A stretch of 62,972 bases of DNA, counting the filler, from Octopus bimaculoides (taxonomy: Eukaryota): assembly GCF_001194135.2 (NCBI RefSeq). It is 7 parts of 7 records of this genome, joined end to end, with 100 filler letters (N's around TTAATTAATTAA, not from the genome) between each part and the next. Parts side by side here need not be neighbours in the genome. Positions count along the whole stretch, not along the records: positions 21,923 to 46,841 come from NC_068986.1; positions 46,942 to 48,825 come from NW_026412632.1; positions 48,926 to 53,151 come from NW_026335420.1; 4 more parts are not named here. One strand, written 5' to 3'. The translations under genes and the position numbers were made by a program. Below, in pieces: positions 40,821-52,960 of this stretch. A model generated the notes under the pieces. The model ran no database searches. It was not told where the DNA came from and worked only from the letters and a program-made list of their open reading frames with translations. Position 1 is the first letter of the stretch, and each line of letters starts with the position of its first letter.

Positions 40821-41969
40821 TTTAGTGATACAGCTTTTACCATACAATTGGTTTGATTTATGTTTCTGTTAGTTCTTTGTACTTTAGAAATAAAGAGATT
40901 GATTAAATAGCGGATCACGATTATTCTATACATTCCAGTAATATGCTACTATTGTGTCATTTGACAGAAACTATACTTCCCTGATTCAGACATTTTGCTT
41001 TGTATTAAATCTTGCAGGAATAAATTGAAACAGTTCGTATACACCTCGTATGTTTTCTTTATCTTGAAACGAAGCCGACGATAAATTTGTTTTTCAGCTT
41101 TAAACTACACAGATATAAGAACCTGTAGATAAAAAGACTATTCTTATAATTATGTACTTTTTTATCAGAAAAAATTTCTCCGATTTTAGTTTGTATTATT
41201 TGCCAGTTCAATTCCCGGACAAGTTGGTATATCAACATCACTGACAAATTACAAGCAAGCTAACTAGAACCTCCTTACAAAGTAAATTTCTCGCCGTAAT
41301 ATATGCTTATAAGGGATCTGTCTGATAATCTTGTGTTTCGCTGTTTATAAAGAATGTAGGGGGGTGGGGTGGCATGGCTGGTTTACAAGACTTGAAACAA
41401 AGAAAGTGAGACGAGAGGGAAATCTATGAATAACATTCACAGTTTTGTTGAAAATCGGTTTATTGATTTGCGATGAAATTTACAGTTAACATTCCTACAA
41501 ATATGAAGATTTTTCTTTTTTCAAATACTATTCGCAAGTTCCCCTTGGAGCTTTGTATTTTACCTTCAAACAGTTGCCATTAATTTTGATAAATCGCGAT
41601 TAGTAACTTATGAAATTGTTTACGCAATGTGCATTTCATTATTATTCTAAGTTTTAGAGAATAGAAATTTTAAATCTTCATGATACATGAAATAAAATGC
41701 GAACTAAACTGACAGATACGTAATCACCGTTCTTATTTGTACTTGAGCCGTTACTTGATACAATCGCCAAAAATACAAAAACTCTCTCTGCATGCCAGTA
41801 TAGGTAAATGAAAAGGTTATATAAGACTTATAGGAGAAAAATTCATAAAGGAAAGGAAAAAAAAAAAACGAAAATTAGCTGCGCAATTGTTAAATTATAA
41901 ATAATCGGGAAATAGATACAGTCTTTTTGATTTTAACAGTAATTAATATTTTCCATATACATAAGGTCG

Positions 41970-42238
41970 GTCGTTAGCACGCCGAGCAAAATGCTTTGGG
42001 GCGTTTCGTCCGCCTTCACATTCTTACTTCAAATTTCGTCGAGGTTGACTTTTCCTTATATTACTTTATCGATTTCTTACCTCTTTTGTATTTCGTCTCC
42101 ATATAAAGGGTTTTTAAGCAATAATTTTAGCGCAATTCCTTTCGAGATCGATAATATAAGTACCAGTTGAGCACTAGGGTCGGTGTAATTGACTACCCCA
42201 CTTCCGAATTTGCTGACCTTGTGCCATAATTTTAAACC
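41970..42238 (+). mobile_element. SINE family B with an internal insertion
   Basis: tcgttagcacgccgagcaaaatgc...cgagatcgataatataagtaccagttgagcactagggtc. Confidence 0.75.
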
Positions 42239-42253
42239 AGTATTTTCTATATA

Positions 42254-42491
42254 CAGGGTGGCCCAAAAGTAGGTTTACAGTTATTGAACTGTCTCTTTCG
42301 CATTTATATATTAACAGTTTAGATCTTAATTATAAAAAAATATATGAAACCATTATTCTATGCTAATTTAGTAAATTTTGTCAAGCTCCCTTTTCAGTTT
42401 GTAAGATAGAAATTTAAATGTAATAAAATGTTTTAAAAGAAATTTAAAGTGCCTACGTGATAAGTGTAAAACCTACTTTTGGGCCAAACTA
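42254..42491. mobile_element. Tc1/mariner-type MITE (about 238 bp)
   Basis: Left ta|CAGGGTGGCCCAAAAGTAGGTTTACA; right TGTAAAACCTACTTTTGGGCCA near 42464-42486; TA flanks. Confidence 0.8.
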
Positions 42492-44887
42492 TATAGGCAG
42501 GTTAAGTTAACTGAGTCGCTCTTAGTACATGACTGCTGTTTATTTTGTTGGTCCAGAGGCAGAAAAAACATATTGGTAATTCTTCTTTGGAACAGTGGAT
42601 TTCGAAGCTCATAAAGACATAAATAACAGCATGTAAATATTAATTTAAAAATCTCTTTTGGACAGAAAATGTCGAAGGCTGCCCATGGGACACGAACCCA
42701 CATCCCCTATGGACACGACAAGCATTCTACCATTTGACTTTCCAAGTTTTCTATCCAAGAGAGTTTTTTAACCCAATATACTATTATTTATAGCTTTATG
42801 TGCTTCGAAATCCATTGATCTATAAAAGAACTATTTCACGTTCTCCCAAAATTTACAAATTCTTATGACGTCAGCAAAATATTGTGAGGCGTTTTATCTG
42901 ATGCCTTACCTTTCCGGCTAATTACTGCCTGCTGACCGTAGTTAATAAACTGATAAACATCTTGGAAAATTGTTTTTCAGAAAAATTGTGAATATATTTT
43001 CATTTGCGCTGAAGGAAAGTATTTCTTGTGTCGTAGAATAGCCCACTATCTCTGCCTCAGTAAATATAAATAATATTAGTACAAAGTTTTTTACAAACCT
43101 TAAGATTTTTTTCATTCTAGCAAATTATGAGTCATTACTAATATTGTATGGTCAGGATCATTGGTGTGTTACATTTTCAATAAACAACAATAATATTTAT
43201 TATCAATAACAATGGTATTATATCAGGTTCGGTAAACCTGAAATATTTTGCCTTTTCTTTTCAACCATTTCACACTTATGAAAGATAATTGTAATCTCTT
43301 CCAACCGTTTTACTTTTTTCTCTCTTTTGAATCTACTTCTTTACCATATTCTTCTACTATTAAAAATTTTTTTTTTTACTTAATTGTCATTCAGTCTTCC
43401 TTATATTGCTTTGTCGATTTCTTATCTCTGTTGTTTTTCGTTTCCATATAATTGCTTTTTTAAGCAAAAATTTTAGAACAATTCTTAAAGGTGAGAAAGA
43501 TTTCTAAAAAGAAATTTCCATAATGCTCTTTTTAAATGCGTTTAGCTTTTTGGAAAGCCAAAGACAGGTGACTGATTCTTTGCATCTAAGACTAAACCCT
43601 ACATATCTTCAGGTAGAAATTTCTAAAATAACATTGCGAATACCAGACCAAATTGATCCTTTATATGTGTCATATACGCAGCAGACTAAATGCTTAAATT
43701 GACAAGAGATGTTGAATAGATTCAGCTTTAAATCGATAAGGACCACAGAAAGAGGGGAAACGTTTACCTTGTAGCGACGGAATGTCTAGCTTGAACAGAC
43801 GAAGATGATAATGGTGTTCTTCAGGCTCAAATTACGCAAATAAAAGAACACGTATTTACAAAGAATCTTCTTATAAATACGACCACAAAGAGTTAGACAG
43901 CGCAAGGAAAATGTCAAAGGAAAGGAATAGAATAGAGTGGCAAAGGAGAAGGAACAATCTGCGGCTGCGGTTACGAAGGCTAGAAATAAGAAATATTCTT
44001 AGCCGAGAGACAAAAGGAGTGAAAAAAGAAAAAAATATATATATAAAAGTGTAAGAGAAACATCAACAGAACCCTTTTATTCTCTATTACATTAGAAATG
44101 TTCGTGTCAAGCCTCTCTGAAGGAGAGTACCTTATGTTGTATGAGTTTGAGAATACATTGTATCAAAATAATTATTTTCAACAACGATCTTTTATTTCAC
44201 CTTTTTATGTTACATCACAGACAATGTGATTTCAAGTATTCTGTTAAACAGTGTCTGTGGTGGATTCTACGCTGGTCTCGACGGTGAACATTCTTTTATT
44301 GAGCCAATTAAACTCCCATATCTCGAATTAACATATATGCAGCTGAATATTCCGCAGATATTGTTACTAAATTTCCAAACTGAATCAGTGTAACGCAATG
44401 TGATAAGGCTGCAATTTGAATTACAAGTATCATTCAGAGAGAGAGAAAGAGAGAGAGGGGGGAGGGGACGTGTGGAGAAAGATAGAAGAGGAAGGGGGAA
44501 TGTGAAAAGGCTCAGCATTAGCACTGGACTGATAAATATTTATAAACCCTTAAAGATTGAAAGAAAAGGTATAGTGCTTTTGGTTACTAATCTACTTAGA
44601 AGTATTACCGGCTATGGTTTACCGATCAAATATAGGAGATATTATAAGCACAAGTTTATATTATCTGTTTCCTACGTATGTTTCACCGCTGTGGTTATTT
44701 GGAGCGTATGATTAGAACGTTCCAAGCACATTTGGTTGAGATATTTGATCTGTAACATAATGCAACAAACTGTTCCCCAGATGATCCGGTGTTTTTCAGT
44801 ATTCATTGTACTTAGAACATCCAATATAGAGGTTCCAAACAACTACAATAGTCAAAAGAACGTAGGACATATATAAACTCGTGCGCG

Positions 44888-44938
<51 letters not shown>

Positions 44939-45127
44939 CTTGGATCTGACCTAATCTGAGATCGTGCGTCGAAACTGTAGTGTTTACGTTGTAGAATTGT
45001 CATTTCAATCATTTGAAAATACACATTTCTTGAGGTGTCAAAATATTCGTCCTTAACTGCGAGCCCGTTCCCTCGACACAGTTCCATTGCAACTGGTAGC
45101 AATTTAGTTGATACCAGTTCTTCTAAG

Positions 45128-45317
45128 TATCTTTTATCTTTTACTTGTTTCAGTTGTTAGGCTGTGACCTTTCTGGGGGCATCCCCTTGGATACCTTTTA
45201 GTCGAACGAATCGACCAAGTACTTATTCTTTTTTATTGTATCGGTCTCTTTTGCTGGAGACGTAAACACACCAAAACCGGTTGTCAAGCAGTGGAGGACT
45301 AACACACACACACACAT
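45128..45317 (-). mobile_element. SINE family A 3' half, diverged
   Basis: tcttttacttgtttcag...gtcgaacgaatcgac...ggttgtcaagc. Confidence 0.75.
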
Positions 45318-46554
45318 TATCATTAATTTGTTTCAATCATTATTATCATTATTATCATTAATTTGTTTCAAAGTCGACAGAATTTGATCTTAGAGCGTAA
45401 AGACAGACGAAATACCGCAACGCATTTCGTCAGCCGCCTATTATTCTAACAGCTAAAAATAAGGAATAAACTATTAGTTGTTCGTGTATTTAATGACAGG
45501 AAAATATTTTTAGTTATTTATTTCAAAATTTATTTGATACCATAAAAGAAAATTTTCTGTAATATAATCGATAGAGTATATATATATTTCTATTTCGCTG
45601 GAAAATTCGAAATGCCTTTGAGGGACATAAAAACAAAATGCCGGAAAAGATAATAACTGCTGGCAATGAACAATGAAATATCATTTTTATTACATTGTGT
45701 AAAAAAGAAAATCATTGCAAAATCCGCTAGAATTATACAATTCTTGATAAATTCTGTACATGTAAGACTGTTTAGTTTCTTGCTGAATGCATTTAAATAT
45801 CAAATATCTTGCAGGAATTCTTGCTACAAGAAAACAAATGATAAGACTTCAGAAACAATGGTAGACATTTCATTTCTTTTTTAGTTTTTACTTATTTATC
45901 ATTTCCACTGTTATAACAGTTTGAAATTTGTAATTGAAATCTCGAACTTACAACCAAAAAGACTGATGACAAAAACTTTCTTCTTCAGCCAATCTCTCAT
46001 CGACTTTTTAAAATTTTGCCTGGAAAGCAAAGTGAGGTTAGAGAGGAAGGCGCTATCCTCTAACATATTTGTTAAAGGGTGAAATTATAGAAATTTGGCA
46101 ACAAAATAAATGTAATGTAACTTCAATCTTTAATAACTAAAATAAAATTTTCCTTTAAAATTTGAAAACCTGCTAATAAAATTGAACAAACTGGGTACGA
46201 TTGAGTTATAGATAACAGGAATTGAAAAAGTGAATTTTTATTTGAAAAGCATGAAAACAACTTAAAATATAAGCTAAAATAATTTATTTTCTCTTTCAAA
46301 CCGAAAAATAAATTTTAATCTAAATGTTAACGCTTTATTAACAATCCTCAGATATTTCTATAAATATGTGGTGTTACTAACATACCTTATGACAGAAATC
46401 AATAAAAGTAAGCAGATTTATTAGAAGCAAGACTAGATAAACTTTATTTACGAAACAGAATATGCGAGGAAGTAGATAATAGTCAGTAACAACTTAACTG
46501 GGAAGTTCTACGATACACTATGAATTCTATAAAAAAAACCCTTACATATGTACA

Positions 46555-46716
46555 GCGCAAGCGTGGCTGTGTGGTAAGGAGCTTGCTTCCCAACCACATC
46601 GTTCAGGATTCAGTCCCACTGCATAGCAGCTTGGGTGAGTGTTTTCTACTATACCTTCCGGCCAACCAAAGTCTTGCGAGTGAATGTGGTAGACAGAAAC
46701 TGAAAGAAATCCGTCG

Positions 46717-46750
<34 letters not shown>

Positions 46751-46763
46751 ATTATTGAATTAA

Positions 46764-46797
<34 letters not shown>

Positions 46798-47158
46798 ACA
46801 AGAAAAATAATAGTTGTCTCTTTTTATAGAATCAAAAGAGTNNNNNNNNNNNNNNNNNNNNNNNNNNNNNNNNNNNNNNNNNNNNTTAATTAATTAANNN
46901 NNNNNNNNNNNNNNNNNNNNNNNNNNNNNNNNNNNNNNNNNGTGTGTGTGTGTGTGTGTGTGTGTGACTGTTCCCCCACCATCGCTTGACAACCGATGTT
47001 GGTGTGTTTACGTCCACGGAACACCAGTAGTTCGGCGAAAGAGATTGATAGAATACGTACTACGCTTACAAAGAATAAGTCCTGGGGACGATTTGTTCAA
47101 AACTAAAAACAGTGCTCCAGCATAGCCGCAGTCAAATGACAGACAAGTAAAAGAATAA
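46555..47158 (+). mobile_element. SINE family A head (46555-46725) and 3' half (46942-47158) on either side of a spacer gap
   Basis: gcgtggctgtgtggtaaggagcttgcttcccaaccac...; atcgcttgacaaccgatg...gcagtcaaatgacagacaagtaaaaga. Confidence 0.8.
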
Positions 47159-47284
47159 TATATATATATATATATATATATTCAAGGTTGAATATGGTAC
47201 TTATGCGTAGGCACCCGAATATCGTATCCCAAAAGGATAGGTGATCAAAATCAAAAAATAAGCAACACGGATTTCAAAGGTGAT

Positions 47285-47373
47285 TGCAGTACGCACGTTT
47301 CATGCCACTCCAATTTATTTAAGTAATGCGAGCATTACATTAAATGCAATATGAAGAGCAATCTTCAGCTGCA
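47285..47373 (-). ncRNA. Minimal type I hammerhead ribozyme (Penelope-associated type)
   Basis: Minus strand reads UGCAG-CUGAAGA-[stem II UUGCUCUUC...GGAGUGGCAU]-GAAA-CGUGCG-UA-CUGCA. Stem I is a perfect 5 bp, both core boxes are intact, stem III is ACG/CGU with a 2-nt loop, and the cleavage triplet is GUA. Confidence 0.75.
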
Positions 47374-48386
47374 CGAAAATGCAGAAAATTACTGTATAAA
47401 AGACATTATAAATGTGGCAACATTTCAAATCCAAGTGGGAGAGAGAATACATAAAAATCCAAATGTGAGGAAGAATACATAAGTCCATCTTGACATAGCC
47501 GAGTCTATCAGGCNNNNNNNNNNNNNNNNNNNNNNNNNNNNNNNNNNNNNNNNNNNNNNNNNNNNNNNNNNNNNNNNNNNNNNNNNNNNNNNNNNNNNNN
47601 NNNNNNNNNNNNNNNNNNNNNNNNNNNNNNNNNNNNNNNNNNNNNNNNNNNNNNNNNNNNNNNNNNNNNNNNNNNNNNNNNNNNNNNNNNNNNNNNNNNN
47701 NNNNNNNNNNNNNNNNNNNNNNNNNNNNNNNNNNNNNNNNNNNNNNNNNNNNNNNNNNNNNNNNNNNNNNNNNNNNNNNNNNNNNNNNNNNNNNNNNNNN
47801 NNNNNNNNNNNNNNNNNNNNNNNNNNNNNNNNNNNNNNNNNNNNNNNNNNNNNNNNNNNNNNNNNNNNNNNNNNNNNNNNNNNNNNNNNNNNNNNNNNNN
47901 NNNNNNNNNNNNNNNNNNNNNNNNNNNNNNNNNNNNNNNNNNNNNNNNNNNNNNNNNNNNNNNNNNNNNNNNNNNNNNNNNNNNNNNNNNNNNNNNNNNN
48001 NNNNNNNNNNNNNNNNNNNNNNNNNNNNNNNNNNNNNNNNNNNNNNNNNNNNNNNNNNNNNNNNNNNNNNNNNNNNNNNNNNNNNNNNNNNNNNNNNNNN
48101 NNNNNNNNNNNNNNNNNNNNNNNNNNNNNNNNNNNNNNNNNNNNNNNNNNNNNNNNNNNNNNNNNNNNNNNNNNNNNNNGAAAAAAGAAAGGATGTTAGG
48201 AAATAACAAGGATAATCAATACAGGAATCTGATGATTGATTTAAGTAGATTAGATGTTAAGGTGAGAGATCAGGAATATATGTTATAAAGGTTCAATTAC
48301 CAATATAAATATGTGCTAATTGATAGTCCTAGATGACCATAATAGAAGTAAAGTACTATTATTTGATAACTTTAGTTACTTAATAA

Positions 48387-48712
48387 AGGCCTATTTTTTA
48401 AAAAATTTAAAAGTGCGAGTAGAGCAGTGTACACATGATACCCTAAGGTCTAATCTATTATTGATTAGATTAGGATTGTTTCTAAGTTTAAAAATTTCAT
48501 ATATTTCCATTGAACACAATTCGCATCCATATCTATTATTTCCTTAAGGTTGAGCTTTTCTTATAATTTCCCATTTAAGGCTAAAATTAATACCATTATC
48601 TTTTAACTCCCAAATTTTACTTGCCAATGTCGTACTATTTGCCTTATGTCTAAGTCTAAACGAAGACTTATGGTTATATATTCTCTGTTTCAGGTTAATA
48701 CTACATCCTATA
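48387..48712 (-). mobile_element. Penelope-like GIY-YIG endonuclease 3' fragment
   Basis: KQRIYNHKSSFR...TTLASKIWELKDNGINFSLKWEIIRKAQP*GNNRYGCELCSMEIYEI...LINNRLDLRVSCVH; same motif order as the 58485-58811 copy. Confidence 0.85.
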
Positions 48713-48713
48713 T

Positions 48714-48790
48714 CAGTGATTCCCAAGGTGGGGCGTATGCCCCACTGGTGGGGCCTGAGAAAATTCAGGTGGGGTGCGGGGCATAGACGT
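48714..48790 (+). mobile_element. Probable hAT-type element end abutting the Penelope fragment
   Basis: CAGTGATTCCCAAGGTGGGGCG... resembles hAT termini (CAGTGGTTCCCAA); the other end is lost in the gap. Confidence 0.5.
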
Positions 48791-49339
48791 GGGCTGTGAA
48801 AATATTTGTACATGACGAGCGGTCANNNNNNNNNNNNNNNNNNNNNNNNNNNNNNNNNNNNNNNNNNNNTTAATTAATTAANNNNNNNNNNNNNNNNNNN
48901 NNNNNNNNNNNNNNNNNNNNNNNNNATATATACACATACGATGTGAGTATGCATCTCTCTCTCTCTCTCTCTCGTACATACATTTACATATATATATATA
49001 TAACTAATAGATCTCTTTGTTGTCTATACAACCTGTCTTCGACTTTTGGGGATTTTTGTGAATTCTCCCTATATACACACACATATATACACATACACAT
49101 GTACATACACACGCATACATAAATTATGTTGTTAGATAACTTCCTTTCTTTCCAATGTTATATGAACGTGAGAGATATTTTAATCTCAGTAATTTATATT
49201 TTTGTATTTCTATTCTTCCTCTACAATTTTCGTCTCTTTTTTTTATGAAATTTCCGAAAAATAATGATGGAGAGCCAAGCAGAAACCTTACTTTTCTTTG
49301 CTTTCAATCAAGGTTCCAAAGCTTCCTAAGCTGCTAGAG

Positions 49340-50020
49340 ACTGTGTTGTTCTGTGCACAGAGAAGGCTCCATTGCAAAAAGAACTGGTTTTTACGATTCA
49401 TGGAAGGGAAATTCAACCTCACATTCTCTTCAAGTCAATGCTGAATTGTTCAGTTCAGTAAGAATCGATCAAATAAGCTCATCCATGGGGCTCCATGTTA
49501 ATCCACTAGGGAACTGACCCAGCAGAGCAGAAGGGCTGCTGTGATGATATCATCTCCAATCTCCTTCACTTGATGGTTAAAGTTCAGAAACTTGGTACAT
49601 GGATGCCATACACTCTGAGCAAAAGAGACAAACGCCAATGCTCTTCTTTCACCATTAATTTGCTTATACGACACCAGGTTACTTCTAGACACAAGCAGAG
49701 ATTTCGGTGCTGCATTGTTACTGGTGATTAAAAATGGTGTTTTAAATCAATATAAAATAGAAGGAAAAAATGTGTTGTGACAATCCAGAGTTGCATCCAT
49801 GCAAGACAATGCTCTGTGTTTGATGGGATTTGGAAGGGCTAATCTACTATAAAATGCCTGAAAATAATCACACGAACAATGCAAAGCTTTATACACACAG
49901 CAAATGCACCAACTCAACAAGATAATCCAAGTGAGACGAGGCCAGGTTCTTTCTAACATCAAGGAATTTACCAAATAGTGGAAAGTTAGCCAAAAGTTGT
50001 GAAGGAGAATATATTATTGA
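49340..50020 (+). pseudogene. Mariner transposase remnant with an internal deletion
   Basis: WFLRFMEGKFNL, STRELTQQ, KVQKLGTWMPYTL (WVPHEL motif), CIVTGD*KW (VTGDEKW), KTMLCV*WD, then a jump to GIYQIVES*PKVV..EGEYII. The HDNARPH/YSPDLAP segment is missing. Confidence 0.85.
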
Positions 50021-50237
50021 GGGATTTGTGTAAAGAGTTGATACAAAATCAAGATGAATGTAAATATGTATGTCTATTGTCTTGGCTTCATGAATGAAGG
50101 TTAAGAAGGGGCTGGTCCACGTTGACTGCAGGGACACTCATGGCTGACGATGTCAATATGGGACCAACAGGCAGAGCCACAGGCTGCGGTTGAAGGTTTG
50201 GTCAGGGTTTGATGACGAGGTGTTGCAGTTTCCCTTT

Positions 50238-50483
50238 CTACATATTTTGTCTTTCAGACGAAACATCATCATCATCATCATCATTGCCATTATCATCATC
50301 ATTGCCATCATGATCATCATCATCAACATTATCATCATAGCCTTCATCATCGTCATCATTATCGTCATTGCCATCATCATCATCATCGTGAGCATCATCA
50401 TCATCATCATCGTCATCAACATCGCCATAATCATCATCATTTCCACCACCACCATCATCATCATATTCATTATATTCACCTGT
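50238..50483 (-). CDS. Candidate Asp-rich terminal exon (81 aa + TAG); may be only a degenerate (GAT)n microsatellite
   Basis: Strong acceptor ttgtttgtaaatttcttccaattgcag|ACA GGT GAA, phase 0, open to TAG at 50238-50240: TGEYNEYDDDGGGG...DDDDVSSERQNM*. No homology recognised. Confidence 0.3.
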   Translation of the reverse strand, partial: TGEYNEYDDDGGGGNDDDYGDVDDDDDDDDAHDDDDDGNDDNDDDDEGYDDNVDDDDHDGNDDDNGNDDDDDDVSSERQNM

Positions 50484-50744
50484 CTGCAATTGGAAGAAAT
50501 TTACAAACAAAAACACATTTGGAGATTTTACTTTATTCTCAACTTACCCATCCACAGCCCAATGTAAAGCTGTCCAACCATTAAACTTGTGTCTTATATT
50601 CACATCAACATCAGCCTCAATAAATAATTTCAAAACGCTTGTGTTGCCTTTTTCACTTGCAAACATTAAAGGAGTCTGTCCCCATCGATTAGGTTGGTTA
50701 ATCTGTAATAAACAAAATGAGGAAATGTGAAATATAGGAATTAC

Positions 50745-52182
50745 CTTTTTCTCTCATTTTCTTCCTCTTCTCTCTTTCTCTCTCACTCTCATCCTCCTTT
50801 TCTTTCCTCTGTTTCTCTCTTTATTTCTCTCTTTCATTTCTTTCTTTCCCTTTCTTTTCTCTCATTCTCTTCCTTTTCTCTCATTCTACTTCTCTTTCTT
50901 CTGTTTCTCTCTTTCATTTCTTTTTTTCTCCTTTTCTCTCTTTCTCTCTCACTCTCATCCTCCTTTTCTTTCCTCTGTTTCTCTTTATTTCTCTCTTTCT
51001 CCTTCTTTTCTCTCATTCTCTTCCTTTTCTCTCTTTCTCTCTTACTCTCATCCTCCTTTTCTTTCCTCTCTTTCTATCTCTCTTCTTCTTTTCTCTCATT
51101 CTCTTCCTTTTCTCTCTTTCTCTCTCACACTTATTCTCCTTTTCTTTCCTCTGTTTCTCTCTTTATTTCTCTCTTTCTTTTCTCTCATTCTCTTCCTTTT
51201 CTCTTTCTCTCTCTCTCTCATTCTACTTCTCTTTCTTCTGTTTCTCACTTTCATTTCTTTCTTTCTTCTTCTTTTCTCTCTTTCTCTCTCACTCTCATCC
51301 TCCTTTTCTTCCCTCTGTTTCTCTCTTTATTTCTCTCTTTCTCCTTCTTTTCTCTCATTCTCTTCCTTTTCTCTCTTTCTCTCTTACTCTCATCCTCCTT
51401 TTCTTTCCTCTCTTTCTCACTTCATTTCTCTCTTTCATTTCTTTCTTTCCCTTTCTTTTCTCTCATTCTCTTCCTTTTCTCTCTTTCTCTCTCTCTCATT
51501 CTACTTCTCTTTTTTCTGTTTCTCTCTTTCATTTCTTTCTTTCTGCTTCTTCTCTCTCATTCTCTTCCTTTTTTCTCTTTCTCTCTCACTCTTATTCTCC
51601 TTTTCTTTCCTCTGTTTCTCTCATTCATTTCTTTCTTTCTTTCTCCATCTTTTCTCTCATTCTCTTCCTTTTTTCTCTTTCTCTCTCACTCTCATTCTCC
51701 TTTTCTTTCCTCTGTTTCTCTCTTTATTTCTCTCTTTCATTTCTTTCTTTCTCCTTCTTTTCTCTCATTCTCTTTCTTTTCTCTCTTTCTATCTCACTCT
51801 CCTTTTCTTTCCTCTGTTTCTTTATTTCTCTCTGTCTCTCTTTTTCATTTCTTTCTTTTTTAACTTTCCCTCCCTTTCCCTTTTCTTTTCTCTCTTTCTT
51901 TCTGCTTATCTCTCCGTTTCTCTTTTTCTATCTCTCTCTCATTCTTTTCTCTTTTTCCAATTTCCTTTTCTCTCTCTCGTTTCCCTCCTCTTCCTTTTTC
52001 TTTTTCATTTCTCTCTTTCTCTATTACTTTTATCTTTCTCTCTCTCTCTCTCTGTCTAAGCTTCTGTTTGCCTTTTCTCTCTTTCTGCCTCTTTCTCTTT
52101 TACTTGTCTCTCTTTCTTTCTTTTTTCCTTTTCTCTCTCTCCCTTTTCTTTTCTCTTTATCTCACTCTCTCTCATTCTCTTT

Positions 52183-52213
<31 letters not shown>

Positions 52214-52750
52214 GTGTCTATTAATTTTTCACATTCTTTTTCTTCTCTCTTTCTCTCTCTCTTCCTTTGTTTATCTCTTTCTTTTCTATCTTTCTTCTTC
52301 TCCCCCGTTTTCTTTCCTAAATTCCCCTCTCTTTGTTTCTCTTCTCGTTCTCTCCCACTCTTTTTCAAATCTCTCACTTTCTTTTTTCTTTTCCCTCTTT
52401 CTTTCTCCCCATTTCTTTTTTCTCTTCACTCATTCTCTCCCGCTTTTCTTTTCTCTCTCTTTTTGCCTTCTCTCTTTCTCCCCCTTTTCTCTCATTCTCT
52501 TTATCCCTTTTTCATATCGTTCTCCTTCTCTTTCTCCTTTCTCTCTCTCTTTGTTTTCTCTCCTCTCTTTCTCTTTTCTCTCTTTCCTTCTCTCATGCCG
52601 CTTTCTTTCTTTCTCATTCTCTCTTTCTTTCTCCCTCTCGCTTTCTCTTCCCTTCTCTCTTCCTCTCTCCTTGTTTTCTCTCTTTATCTCTTTCTTTTCT
52701 CCGTTTCTCTCTATTTCTGTCCATTTCTTTCTCTTTTTCATTTCTGTCTT

Positions 52751-52827
<77 letters not shown>

Positions 52828-52960
52828 TTCTCTTTTCTTTTCTCTCTTTTTTTCTTCTCTATTTCTTTGTCTTTCGTTTTCTCTATTGTTCTCTCTCACT
52901 TTTTCCTTTCTTTCTTTCTATTTTTCTCTTTCTCTCTTCTTTTTTCTTTCTCTCTTCTAC
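50745..52960. repeat. About 2.2-kb polypyrimidine (CT-rich) degenerate tandem array with higher-order modules
   Basis: Almost entirely C/T on the plus strand. The module ctctcactctcatcctccttttctttcctctgtttctct recurs, and 50945-51075 is repeated about 340 bp later. Confidence 0.95.

Noticed and set aside
47369-47395. Type III reading of the hammerhead using the upstream CUGCA hairpin as stem I
   Set aside because: It would need a UUU triplet and gives no stem III pairing with ACGUG; the type I reading fits better.
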